A stretch of DNA of 64,000 nt, from the NCBI GenBank assembly GCA_016748015.1, contig JAAOMT010000706.1:35997-99996 (forward strand). Reading direction: 5' to 3'. Below the pieces are notes generated by a model that was given only the letters and a program-made list of their open reading frames with translations, was not told the DNA's origin and did not search any database. Origin of the DNA: Geosiphon pyriformis uo1. Its lineage: Eukaryota; Fungi; Glomeromycota. The translations under genes were made by a program, and so were the position numbers. Shown here one piece after another: positions 1 through 13,152 of the stretch (positions within the stretch are counted from its first letter, which is position 1; each line of letters starts with the position of its first letter).

Positions 1-720
1 ACAGCGAATCATACTAAAGAATCTGAAGGCAAAATTTTGAAATTATGAAAAAACCTCAATTCACACTGATTGTCAGTGGGGTTCACTTTGAAAAATATGC
101 AGAAGAAATTCAAAATTGAATTATTTATATATTGAAAGTGATCAATTTTATAATGAGCTTGCAATTTCGGCTATCTAGGTTCTTATGAACAAATAAAAAC
201 TAAATTGGTGAATTTATAAATTTAAGTGACAAAAAACAAGAAATAGAGTAGGAGATGCAAAAGGTTCAATAATATTACTGAACATGAGATCAGTAAGTTT
301 CTAAAAAGAGCTCTTTTATTAATTTTATATTTCCCGATTTCAAATCTAAATTTAAATTAATTAATAAATATCTAGTTTACTCTATCTATCTTCTCGGCTT
401 TAACTTATAAAAGAGATAATCTTGAAGGCTTAGTAATATTGTTACATTTGGTGCACCATGTTCTATTTTGATAAAAAGTTCCCCAAATTTATCAAATCAC
501 AAATTATGATGATTTTGCACCACATATTCTAGCTGATAAAGAACCATATAGATATTCAATATGGATTTTGGATTGCTCAAATTTTTAATTATAGCAATTG
601 CTAAGATAAATAGCCAGAAAATAAAATCTTTCAAGTTTGGTTTCATTACAGTAAAGAAAATTTGATTGGTACTCAACTTGGCTTTTTCTTATCTCAAGTT
701 ACAGAGCAAACCAGGCGATT
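1..720 (+). pseudogene. Class 3 lipase-like pseudogene (5' part outside window)
   Basis: Decayed lipase-3 motifs in the expected order, broken by stops and frameshifts: NFGYLGSYEQIKTKL (~163-208), ITEHEIS (274-294, G>A-decayed ITGHGIG) followed by an intron, NIVTFGAPC (434-460), IYQITNYDDFAPH...IWILD (~486-575). The 3' end is approximate. Confidence 0.65.
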
Positions 721-913
721 AACTCAAAAAAACTCTATTTTTAAAAAAATGGCTTGCTTAAATCTTTAGATCAAAAAAATGAAAACTTCAAGACATATTG
801 GTACATATTTTGGGATAGGAATGACATGATGACATGTAACATATGACATGTCATATTAGTCTTCATTTTTGGCAACACACGTCATATTATAAAATGCTTA
901 GAAAAATAATAAT

Positions 914-2896
914 TTATGTCAAAAAATTGCCACAGGATTAAAGCTGAAAAGTAAGTTGAAAATTAATTTTATGATAGAAAATTTATACGTGGATTATAAA
1001 ATTTTCAATATAAAGGATTTTATTGTTTTGCCATCAAATACTTTTGAAACAAGAGGATTATTTTTGCTTTGAATTCTTGTGAATTAAAATTTTGCATTTA
1101 TGCTTAATTTCTATATTCTTTATTTGTGAATATTGCAAATTATATTAAATTATATCATTAATAATATATTAAAATATTTAGTCAAAATAGAATTAGCTTT
1201 AGATTCTATTTTTTGTTGCGAAAATTTAATTATTCATATATTCATCATTTTTAATTAATTTAATTGTGAATTTGCTATAGCTAACTGCAAAATATTTTGT
1301 TTATCTTTTTCAGAAAAAATTTGTAAAATAATAATAATAATAATAATAAAATTATTATTAATTTATAGATAATTTTATTAACTATTCAAAAAGCTTTGAC
1401 GATCAATTTTACAAACAATGGTACCATGAAAAGTTAAAAATAATTTAACCTTAGAAATTTTGTATAATAAAATGTAAACTTTTATTCATAAAAAACCATT
1501 TTGGGAATTTCCAGACAATAAATTAATATCTTTACAAGCAAGCGATTTTTAAAACCAAAAAAAAAAGTTAATTGTAAATAAATGATGGCAAAAAGATTTC
1601 TAAACCCAAATTTTATGTTCAAAATGAAATTTTAGAAATTAACAGATAAATTTTCAAGATAAAGCTTCTTTATTAATTTGAGCAAGTTTTTAACACAACC
1701 GTTTATTATTATAGATATTTTATTATAAACGGCTATTTAATAAAATTTAATGTTATTTCTTTTTGAGTCATTGGTAAGTTTTATTATTAGTTTTATTTTA
1801 AGTTGTTTTCGCTTTGTGATTTAATTAATATTCATTTTTTTCAACTATTTAAATTCTATTACCAATCCTTTTAAATCCAAGTTTTATTTAATTCAAAAAG
1901 CTAAGAAATTATTATTATGTTTTATAAACTAAAATTATCCCAAAGAACATTTACAATCGAATATTTTTTTAAGATGTGTATAAGAGACAGGTATTATTAC
2001 TTGTTTATTATTATTTATAAGTGTTTATATAATAAAAAATATTTTAATATTTTGTGTTTTTATTATAAAAAGATGAAATTTTCTAATTTTTTTTTTATCG
2101 AGGTTGTTTAGATACAGATTAGCCCTTAAAAATGTCCTAGGTTGTAATAATTGTACAAGATTATCTCAATTAATATGCAATAGTTGCTGCGAGTTCTTAT
2201 TGTCTTGATGAAGTACAAGCTATTGGGCCAGGAATTTATGGTATTTTACTTAAAAACTAGGAGGTTTGATTTTCAAAATAATTTTGTTATGACAGAATGG
2301 TTTCGATTCTGTTGCAGTGGAATTTTTTACTATTAGTGACACAATAATTACACTAAGAGAGAAACCATTAGGAAATGAAGAATACTGAAAAAATAGGCCA
2401 AATATATTGGTTCCTTATCCTTAAATCAATGAAGCAAAAATTGACTATGAGTTTCAGAGACGTTTTGAAATCATAAAACCAAAATTTAAAGAATTTTATG
2501 ATTATCAACTTCAAAATGAAGCAATCCAAAATGTTATCGGAGTTGGACATGGTTCGGGTGGTGGTAAAAAGCTTATAGAATTTTCCAAAATAAAAATATA
2601 TTTGGTTTTTTTAATTTAAAAATAATCATTTTACTTTGAGCATTTCAGTATATGTCTTACTTGAAATGCTAGAATTAATAGTGCTCAACTTTAAACAAAC
2701 CATAAGTGTGTATGCTTTAGAACAATCTTGAGTTGGCAATTTTTAATTTGCGTATTATGTGAATTCACATGCTGATAAGATGTTTATTTACTGGATTACT
2801 AATATGGATGATAATATTTCAAGACTACAACTGAGTGTTTCTGAATCATTTTACATCTACTTGATGATGGAATATTGAATTGAATCAAATAATGTT
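914..2896. repeat. Left arm of an inverted segmental duplication (914-1971 matches the reverse complement of 10309-11264; 2078-2896 matches the reverse complement of 6885-7702)
   Basis: Base-by-base reverse-complement matching. The 60-aa ORFs 2368..2550(-) and 7230..7412(+) are near-identical. The copies differ by substitutions and indels. Confidence 0.92.
1972..1990 (+). other. Nextera/Tn5 19-bp mosaic-end adapter (library artefact)
   Basis: Exact AGATGTGTATAAGAGACAG, which gives the MCIRDR peptide in ORF 1917..2111. Confidence 0.97.
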
Positions 2897-3160
2897 TTAC
2901 CAGAATGTTATTTATTTGTTCAAAACTAACATCAGAGCCAGAACATTTTATTGAAGCGAGCCAGATGAACATTTTTAAAAGTTCTTTCTTAAAATTTAAA
3001 GGATTATTTATTTGAATCGACTTTACTTTTATTTTCATCCTTATTTGTTTTACAGCTATGTAACAACCAATTCTCAACCAGTAATTATGCTATTTATAAT
3101 GGTACTTATTTTGAAGTAATAATACAATATCCACCTGGAGGCTTTCTATGGCTGAATTTC
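2100..3160 (+). pseudogene. Class 3 lipase-like pseudogene
   Basis: GVGHGSGG at 2539-2562 with the conserved phase-1 intron. Then VYALEQS*VGN (from GQPRVGN), ITNMDDNISRL, MEY*IES and a last exon CNNQFSTSNYAIYNGTYFEV. Stops and frameshifts are present. The 5' limit is uncertain. Confidence 0.8.
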
Positions 3161-3683
3161 TAAGACAAAATTATTATACAGTGTGTAAGATTTATAATTC
3201 TATAAAGATATTATTAGAAAGGCTGAAGCTAAAAGTTATTATTAATATAAAAGTTAAAGTTTAATTTTTTCGCCTTTATTCTTGGCAATTAATTTTCAAG
3301 ATTGTGACATTAAATTTAGTAACTTGTTCAACTTAATTTTTAGCAAAGATTCACATTATTTAAACATGTATTATTATAAATTATGTAAAAAGCCACAAAT
3401 TTGATTCTGCTTTGAAAATAGTGAAAATAAAGTCTATTACATAAGCTTTTACAGTATTTGGGATGGATAAAAAAATAAAAAAATTTATATGTGGTAACTT
3501 TTGTCTGTTGTTTGTTAAGTTTTTTTATATACATAGTAATTACAAAATAGTTTTGCAATAATCTAAATCTTAAGAATTTTTAATATAACAGTAGTTATAA
3601 AGATCTAATCATACAGATTTTCAATCTTTTTGAGTCTCATTTATAAACAGCATAATTTTTTATTTTGTTAAAAAGACCTAAAA

Positions 3684-3684
<1 letters not shown>

Positions 3685-3721
<37 letters not shown>
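3685..3721. repeat. (TTA)n microsatellite
   Basis: About 12 perfect TTA units. Confidence 0.9.
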
Positions 3722-3722
<1 letters not shown>

Positions 3723-6700
3723 CTTAATATTGTTATTGATATACATGTGAATTAATAGAATTTTATTTTTAATTGTTTTTAAAACTTTTAATTATTATTG
3801 TCTATTTGCAAAAAAATTGAGTTTTACATTTTTTGGGTGGGTGATTTGATTCAATTCTCATGATTAGGCTAATTTTTATAATTTTAATCTAATTTTAGGT
3901 TAACTTTAAAAATTAATATTAAAGATAATTATTATTTTCAGATTTGCCATTTTTTATTTATATTTTTTTTTATAAAGACTATAATAACTATATTTGAATT
4001 GTAAACTTTTTAATAATAAAATATTTGAAATATTTGAAAAATTAAAAAGAAATAATCTATCCAAAAAAATTATTTTACAAAAAGCCTGAAATATTACATA
4101 GTTTTCAAATTATCTTAAATATTTTCTTAAAGTTAATCTTCCTCTTTTCTTGAATTGTAATTAAATAAAATTGGTTTAAGAAATAAAAAACTTGCTTTTA
4201 TAATTCTTTGAATAAATAATTTTTAATAATATTAATGTCTGTTATTAAATTTTAAAAGCACCAATTGAGATTGGAATTATAACAACTGTATTATTTTTAT
4301 TAGTAAATACAAACTATTTTTCAATCTTTAAATTTTTATATAAAGATTAATGATTGTAATTTTGAAACTAATTATATTAATAAAATTATCTAAATAACTA
4401 ATTTAATATTTTCTTAAATTAGATTTTTATTGTTTTTACATATCTTACTTTTTGCTATTTTTTAACATATTATTCAGACTTATAACATTATAATATATAT
4501 ATATATATAATTTTTTTGAAATTCTGTATGTTAATTTTTTTTATTATAAAAATAAATTATTAATTATTTAATGCTATTTATAAAAAACAGTTACTTTTTA
4601 AAAAATTTATTTATTCAACTTTTGTTAATATGCTAAAAATTCTATTAAAATTATTTAAGCTCAATATTTAAAAAAATTTATTTTATTATTATTAATATTA
4701 TAAATAAAAAAAAATTTTAATTATAATTCTGTTTTTAATATTTAAGCATTAATATTTTAGCATTTTTTTATTATATTATAACAATACTGTATTTTTTAAA
4801 AAATTAAAGCTTGGCTAAATTGATAAAAAATACAAAATTTATTTCAACTATGTTATTTTTATTATTATTAAAAACCCTAATAATTTTTAATTACTATATA
4901 ATAAACTTTATGTTTCTTTTTATTTAATTCATAAATAATAATAATATTTATTTTAATTTTAAGAATAAATATTAAAAAATTTTAATCTAAATTAAAATTT
5001 AAAATCTATTTCCAATATCTGTAAAAAAAATACAATGCTGTAAATTAAAATTTTTTGCTTTTTTCAAAATTTATTAAATTATACCTATTGAAAAAAATAT
5101 AAAATAATATTATTAACTGTTATTTATCTGAAAAATATAAATTATTTTAATTCAAGATAAATTTTAAAATATCTATATTCTTTTCAAAACATAGAAAAAT
5201 TTCAGTTTACTTATTTAATCAAAAAACAGCATAATTAATATATTCTATTTTCAAATGTGCTTATATAAAAATAACTCTTTACTGTTAATAAGTCTTGTAC
5301 ACAAAAATTGGAGTGTGAAACCAAAGTAACCAAATTTTAAATCTCTTTAACTTAAAAAATAATATATATTATTTAACATAATTTCAATAATTTGTAAGTT
5401 AATTTAAATTTTTAATATTAATAATATTTTTAATAAAGCTTTTGGTTTTGCTGTTTTTTAAAAATAAAAAAATTCAAACTTAATCTTAAAAGCAATCTTT
5501 AATATCAAATTAATGATTAATTTTTGAATCTATTTTTTAACTTTAATAACAAGAAAATTGAATTATTAGAATAATTAAAATAAATAGCTTTTTAAAATAT
5601 CATAATGTTGTATTCGATAAAATAAAGTATGAAATTCAAAGTCAAATTTTAATTATTAACCAATTATTAAAGAATAAATTATCAAATTAGTTTTTTTTGA
5701 AATTTTTAGATAAAATAAGCAATATAAACAAAAAATATTTTTATATTATTAAATTATTTATATAACCAGAAAAAATAAATTAAGTAATTCAAAAAGAAAT
5801 AAATTAGAAAAATATGGAATGTATAAATTAAAAATTGACAAGTTAACAGATCAACAAATCTATAATTAATATAAAAATTTTGATATAAGTTAAAAATATC
5901 TTTATAATATCAATATAACACTAAATTCCAGATTTAAAATAATTGAAAAAAACTTTTTCAACATTTTTTTTTTTTGAGATCAAAATTAATTTAAATTCTC
6001 TAATTAAAACATAGAGTTTTAGTAGTTGTATTATTTTTAGATTTTTAAAGATCAAAAACTGTAATTTTAAAATTAATCATATTAACTATATTACTTGTAT
6101 ATTTTATTTGTTTTTTTAAAAAATTTAATATTGTTCTTAATTATTAATTGTTATTTAAAGCATTTAAGTTAACTTGGTTTGTAAACAAATATTTAGTTAA
6201 TATAAAAAGTAAACATATTGTTATATATGAAAAATTATTTATTTAATTTTTTAAATTTGATTAAAAAATAAGTTATAATTATTTAATGTAATACACATTA
6301 AAAAGTTTTTAATAAAATACCATACTCATATTCTATATTTATAAAAAAAAATTAATAATAATAAAGTATATTGTTTCAAATTAGTATGCATTATAAAATT
6401 AATTTTTATTATGTTTTGTATTTGTAATTTCTTTTTTATTTATTTATTTTTTAAGTTTTAGTAAAAATATTTTTTATATCAAAATGCAAATATAAGTTTT
6501 GGTAAATTTAAATAAAATTCATTGTGTCACCATTAAAACTACAAACAATTAATTATTAAGAAAATAAAAGTAGAAATATTAATTTAAAACAATTACAAAA
6601 ACATATTTGTAAAAAATAAAAATAAATAATTAAGCCAAATACAACTAATATTGAAGTAAAAAAAGTATTAATAAATTGGTTTTTGTTTTATTATCTTATT

Positions 6701-6884
6701 TTTTTTTCTAATTATTTTATCTATAAATATTATATGAATAAAAAGTTATTTGTATATGTTCTGCTGATTTTTCGTTTTTATAGGATTAAAATTTATAAAA
6801 AATTAAAAAGCTAATTTAGCATTAAAATAATCATTTTAAAAAAAATATATTTGTAAAATTACACAAACTTCAATTTAAAATATG

Positions 6885-7702
6885 ACATCATCTGATTCAA
6901 TCCAATATTCTATCATCAGGTGGGTGTAAATGATTCAGAAACACTCAGTAGTAGCCTTGAAATATTATCATCCATATTAGTAATCCAGTGAATAAATATC
7001 TTATCAGCATGTGAATTTACATAATGTACAAATTGACAATTGCCAACTCGAGGTTGTTCTAAAGCATACACACTTATGATTTGTTTAAAGTTGAGCTCTA
7101 TTAATTCTAGCATTCCAAGTAAGACATATACTGAAATGCTCAAAGTAAAATGATTATTTTTAAATTAAAAAAAACCAAATATATTTTTATTTCGGAAAAT
7201 TCTATAAGCTTTTTACCACCACCCGAACCATGTCCAACTCCGATAACATTTTGGATTGCTTCATTTTGAAGTTAATAATCATAAAATTCTTTAAATTTTG
7301 GTTTTATGATCTCAAAACGTCTCTGAAGCTCATAGTCAATTTTTGCTCCATTGATTTGAGAATAAGGAACCAATATATTTGGCCTATTTCTTCAGTATTC
7401 TTCATTTCCTAATAGTTTTTCTCTTAGTGTAATTATTGTGTCACTAATAATAAAAAACCCCACTGCAACAGAATCGAAACTATTCTGTCATAACAAAATT
7501 ATTTTGAAAATCAAACCTCCTAGTTTTTAAGTAAAATACCATAAATTCCTGGCCCAATAGCTTGTACTTCATCAAGACAATAAGAACTCGCAGCAACTAT
7601 TGCATATTAATTGAGATAATCTTGTACAATTATTACAACCTAGGACATTTTTAAGGGCTAATCTGTATCTAAACAACCTCGATAAAAAAAAAATTAGAAA
7701 AT
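6885..7702 (-). pseudogene. Inverted, 3'-truncated duplicate of the lipase-3-like pseudogene
   Basis: ORF 6916..7143 contains VYALEQPRVGNCQFVHYVN and ITNMDDNISRL; the GHGSGG motif is at ~7217-7234. Confidence 0.8.
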
Positions 7703-8405
7703 CATATCAAACTACCCCAGGAAGCAATAAAACAGTTAGATAAAATTTTTGCTATAGAACATAAACCACACCTTTCTTTGACAAGACATTTCAAGTATCT
7801 TTGTATTCCAGATGTAAATTATGTCAAAGACTACTTCAAGAATCAGAAAACATTTACCTAATGTATTCAAAATTATATCATGTATATATCTGAAACCAGA
7901 ATAGAGCTTGACTTTGTTCAATATTGCAATCTTTTCACTGATAGCTTGGCTTAAAAAAATCAACTTGCAGTTATGCCTTATCCAATCAAAACTTTCTGTA
8001 ACAGTTATATTATGTGGTTGAAGGTGCAGTATTATTGCAATTTTTGATTAATACATAAAACCCAAAACTCATACAAAAACTCGAATAATTATAGTCTAAT
8101 GTCGGAGTAGTAATAGCAGGAACATGTGCCATATTCTTTGAAACAAAAAAAACATGTAAGTTATTAATTAACATTTACAGTACTACTAAGCTGGATTAGT
8201 ATAGATGTATGCACACTCATTTCAAATGGAATACTCACATATTATCATCTGCAGGATGTGATATGCCTTAATGCAAAAACTAATATCTTCTAAGCCCATT
8301 TGCAATTAGGATCTGTTCTGTCTATTCTTCTGCCTGCACCCAAAACTCCACCTCAGACTTTTATAGATTTAATGCCATTGAAAATAACTCCCAATAAGCG
8401 ATCAT

Positions 8406-9624
8406 ATGAAAAGGAAGAACTTCAGCAGTAAATCCCATTTTTTTACTTCCTACGTATCACTTTACAATAAGAAATTCTTAATTTTGCTCTCTTTATATGA
8501 TAAATTTATTCAAGACATCTCTATAGTATGTGCATCTGGAGAGACAATTGAAGAGTTGTCATTAAAAATTGGAGAGAAACTTGCTGTGGAGGTGTTCTCT
8601 ATGCATGATATTAATCCTGCTGTATAGACACCTGTCTTGGAGAAGTATCTTGACGCTATTTTCAAAAAAACAATGGATAATTACTAAACTAAAGTCCAAG
8701 CTAAACTGTCAAAGGATGGAGATGAGCGTTTTAGACTTTATTGTGAAAAAGTTCTCACTAACTTGTAAACATTAATATCTATTTGTATATTAATATTAAA
8801 GAAGATACCAATAATTGCTTTCATTTAGTTACTACCTTATAGATGTCAATCCTACAATAAACAAAAAAATAAGGGAACAAAAACACATAGTATATCAAGT
8901 ATTTTTTTTATTTAAATATTATGAAAGAACTTTTCTTAATCTTGAATTCGATTGGATTGAATCATAAGCTTGCACTGCAAAAATAATGAAGTCATTAACC
9001 AATTCTGGGATTTTGCGAATGGATATTAAGGCAACAAGATCTTATGATGAATTAGATATTTGACACATGGAAGTTGCAGGCCCTCCTTATAATGCAAGTG
9101 AGGAGCACATTTTAGATGACTCAAAAAAAACACTGGACTGATATTCTGAATTTAATTACAATATTACGGGACCACCTCGATTGCAAAGTGAAATTTGCAG
9201 CAAAGATTAGGGTTTTTAGCATCTAGTCAATAAGTAAGTGCATGGTATATGGTTTATATTAAGAGGTTGTATTTTCTAATATTCCATTTCCATCACTTCA
9301 GACAATCAACTTACCCTTTATGCTTTCAGCATGCTTCCTGATAGACATTTTCTTGTAACAGAGCTTGCTACAGCCACAATATCTTTCAGTTTTAATGCTT
9401 GGAGCCAATATAAAGCTGTTTTCAGAATGATAGCTATCTTTTATGTATGTGTTTAGATTAGGTATCTGAGCATACTTTTATTTCTGGTAATTTATATGGT
9501 GGTATTTTTTCTGTAGGAAGAAATAATAAAGCAGGAGGTGTTGATGGAAAAAATTAATCAATCTGTACTTAGAACTAAAGAAACAAAGGTCCGTGATGTG
9601 TTAAGGATGCCTGAGTTAGAATAA
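8406..9624 (+). pseudogene. Decayed multi-exon gene with a probable PD-(D/E)xK restriction-endonuclease-like C-terminal domain
   Basis: MDIKATRSYDELDI*HMEVAGPPYNASEEHILDDSKK (from 9019), LTLYAFSMLPDRHFLVTELATATISFSF and a terminal exon ending RDVLRMPELE*. GT-AG introns, stops and frameshifts are present. The fold call is inferred from motif spacing. Confidence 0.5.
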
Positions 9625-11267
9625 ATGTCATTTATTTTGTAATTTTTTACCAGTTAGTTTCTCACTAAGTAATAATCAATTTATTTTATAATATTGTCAT
9701 TAATTGCTCTTCTAACCCTTTTTTCTCGTTTTCTATTCATGAATGTTGCTTATCTAATATTTTTTAATATTGACTTTCTATTTGCTATGGCTATTCTATT
9801 TTTTTTTCTTTTCAATAAGCCACTTTGATGATTAGAAAATATATGACCTGCTATTTTTTATTGAATTGAGATATGCTTTGAAAAAGTTTGGTTTACTTAT
9901 ATATGTAATTTAAATAACAAAAACTGAAAGTATAATGTTTACAAATAGATTAAGATTCATTATTTTAATGCTATTAATTAAACAAAATACAACTTTTAAA
10001 ATTTTCAAAAAAAAAGGCTTAGCTGTCTTAATTGAATGCAAAAGTTTGTATCAATAACGTGCATTGTTTTTCATTAACATCAGATTGATTTCAATCCAAA
10101 AAAATAAAAATTTTATATGTCATAAGTTTTATTCTAAGAAAAACAAAAAAAAACAATTAATTTATAAATATATATTATATTTGAATTACAAACTTAAATT
10201 GGAAAATCAAAAATTTGATATGGAATTAAAGTATTAATAATAAACTTAATATATATATGTGGTGTCAAATACAAAAATGTGAAAAATGCGCACACTAAAA
10301 TTGGCTAGTAAAAAAATATTCGATTGTAAATGTTCTTTGTGATAATTTTAGTTTATAAAACATAATAATAATTTCTTAGCTTTTTGAATTAAATAAAACT
10401 TGGATTTAAAAGGATTGGTAATAGAATTTAAATAGTTGAAAAAAATAAATATTAATTAAATCACAAAGTGAAAACAACTTAAAATAAAACTAATAATAAA
10501 ACTTACCAATGACTCAAAAAGAAATAACATTAAATTTTATTAAATAGCCGTTTATAATAAAATATCTATAATAATAAACGGTTGTGTTAAAACCTTGCTC
10601 AAATTAATAAAGAAGCTTTATCTTGAAAATTTATCTGTTAATTTCTAAAATTTCATTTTGAACATAAAATTTGGGTTTAAGAATAAATATCAATCTTTTA
10701 AGAAATCTTTTTGCTATCATTTATTTACGTTACACAAGTACAATTAACTTTTCATGGTACCATTGTTTGTAAAATTGATCGTCAAAGCTTTTTGAATAGT
10801 TAATAAAATTATCTATAAATTAATAATGATTTTATTATTATTATTATTATTTTAAAAATTTTTTCTGAAAAAGATAAACAAAATATTTTGCAGTTAGCTA
10901 TAGCAAATTCACAATTAAATTAATTAAAAATGATGAATATATGAATAATTAAATTTTAGAAACAAAAAATAGAATCTAAAGCTAATTCTATTTTGACTAA
11001 ATATTTTAATATATTATTAATGATATAATTTAATATAATTTGCAATATTCACAAATAAAGAATATAGATATTAAGCATAAATGCAAAATTTTAATTCACA
11101 AGAATTCAAAGCAAAAATACTCCTCTTGTTTCAAAAGTATTTGATGGCAAAACAATAAAACTCTTTATATTAAAAATCTTATAATCTACGTATAAATTTT
11201 CTATCGTAAAATTAATTGTCAACTTACTTTTCAGCTTTAATCCTGTAGCAATTTTTTGACATAATTT

Positions 11268-11776
11268 TTACCTATTTTTAAAGTTTGAGAACAAACCTCT
11301 ACTGATATGCTTTTTTGCATGGTGTTTAATCAAATAGTTTTCAAGTTGATCAACAGTGTTTTTTAGAATAAACTCGTCAACAGTATTAAGCAATTCTAAA
11401 ACAATAAGTACTCTGCGTTTATCAAGAGAAATCTCACCATTATAAATATATCTGTGCAAGAAAATAAAACATATAAATTTACATTTGTTAAAATACTTTC
11501 AAGCAAATAAAAACCCTTGCCTGAGAATAATCTCAAAAATTTTAAGTAAAGTATTAGGTTTAATGAAGATTATGGTATTATTTTCCTTTTTTAATCCAAT
11601 TACTAGAGTGTTACAGCAAAATATTGTGATCTTGCTGCTAAAATTTACAAATGAGCATAAATAGTTCTGATAATGGGCGTTTCTCCAATAACAATCTTAA
11701 CATCAGAGAAATTCTGACAATCTAGTAAATTTCTGAAATCATTGGATAAACCGTGAAAAAATTGCTGGAGTGCCAT
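11268..11776 (-). pseudogene. BTB/POZ-domain gene, truncated and disrupted
   Basis: ATG at 11776; LSNDFRNLLDCQNFSDVKIVIGE...IYAHL*ILAARSQYF...KPN..FEIIL, then a GC-AG intron, then RYIYNGEISL...LELLNTVDEFIL. Contains frameshifts and a stop. Confidence 0.85.
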
Positions 11777-13034
11777 CGGTAAGATATAAGAAGCTTTGAA
11801 ATATTGATATAAAAAGTAACTAATATATAGTTTATGTTAATAAACAAAGTAATGTATAAGTAAAGTTTTATTTACAAAGCTGTTTATAAAAAAAATAAAA
11901 AAATTATTGTAGCAAATTAATTTGGCAGCCAATTAATATTTAATTGCTTAAAATAAAAAATAAAATAAATAAAACATTTAGTATTAAAAATTTCATTTTT
12001 TTTACGAATATATATACATAAAAAATTATAAATTATAAATTAATATAAAAACCCTGAGATTTTTATATTTATTTTATTAGCTTTTTTATCAAAATATGAG
12101 TTTTTAATTAATTGAATTTATTTTGCTTGTTTAAAAATATATTAATTAATTTTTATATAAGCTTTTCATTAATTATTGAATATTAAAATAAATAAACTTA
12201 AAAAAATTAAAGTTTATTATAGTTTACTTTCATAAAATCCTAATAAAAAACAAAACTTTATGTTTTAATAAAAATTTAAACTTTGAATTAAATTTTGATT
12301 AATTAATTTATTTTTATTAAAAAAATTATTATTATTAATATATTAACAAAATATAGTTAATTATTATTTAATAAAATATAATATTACAAATAATTTATTT
12401 GAATAAAATAATATAACTTTTAATATTTAGTTATAAAATATTAGCTTCTAGAAATTTTGTTAATTTTAAAAATTTTGATGATTTTTTTAAATGATTTACT
12501 TATAAAATATTTTTTATAATAATATTAATAGTAATATTATTAAAAATTAATGTTTTAATTACATTCAATTTAATTACAATTAATAAAGTTAAATATTGGT
12601 TTTTTACTTTTTTATTAAGTTAATAATTTTTAATAAAATTAATTTTAAAATGTGTTTTCTTTTTTATTAAGCTATTATAATATTAAATTATTTTGTTATA
12701 ACAGTTAAATTAACAAATTGTTTTAATTAAAAATAATTGGTCTAAGTTATTAAAATTTTAAAAATATTATGTTAATTGTATTGGCTTTAAATAAAAAGAA
12801 ATAAATATATTTTATTAACAAGATAAAAAATTTGATTTATAGATTTTTGAAATTACAAAAATATTTTTTTATTAAAATTAAACAAATAAAAATATAATCA
12901 GATTTTATTATTTTAATTAAGTTTTAAATACTAATTTAAAAAATAATATCTTGATCAAAAAAATGTTTTTTAACTTTAAAATACTTTTTTTTTAATTTAA
13001 AATTACTTATATATATATATATATATTATTTTAA

Positions 13035-13065
<31 letters not shown>

Positions 13066-13152
13066 ATTATTTTGTTATTATTAATTATAATTAGTTATTT
13101 TATTTTATATTTTTTTTATATTATTATTAGTTATTTTGTTTATTTTTTGTAA

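Larger units (their letters stand above)
6885..11264. repeat. Right arm of the inverted duplication (7703-10308 has no counterpart in the assembled left arm)
   Basis: Reverse-complement identity to 914-1971 and 2078-2896. Confidence 0.85.

Noticed and set aside
1917-2111. 64-aa ORF containing MCIRDR; possible Tn5-like transposon end
   Set aside because: It is the synthetic Nextera mosaic end in a chimeric join, with no partner end and no transposase.
914-11264. One giant foldback or long-TIR transposon
   Set aside because: The arms contain host-type pseudogenes, no transposase or TSD was found, and the left arm is misassembled.
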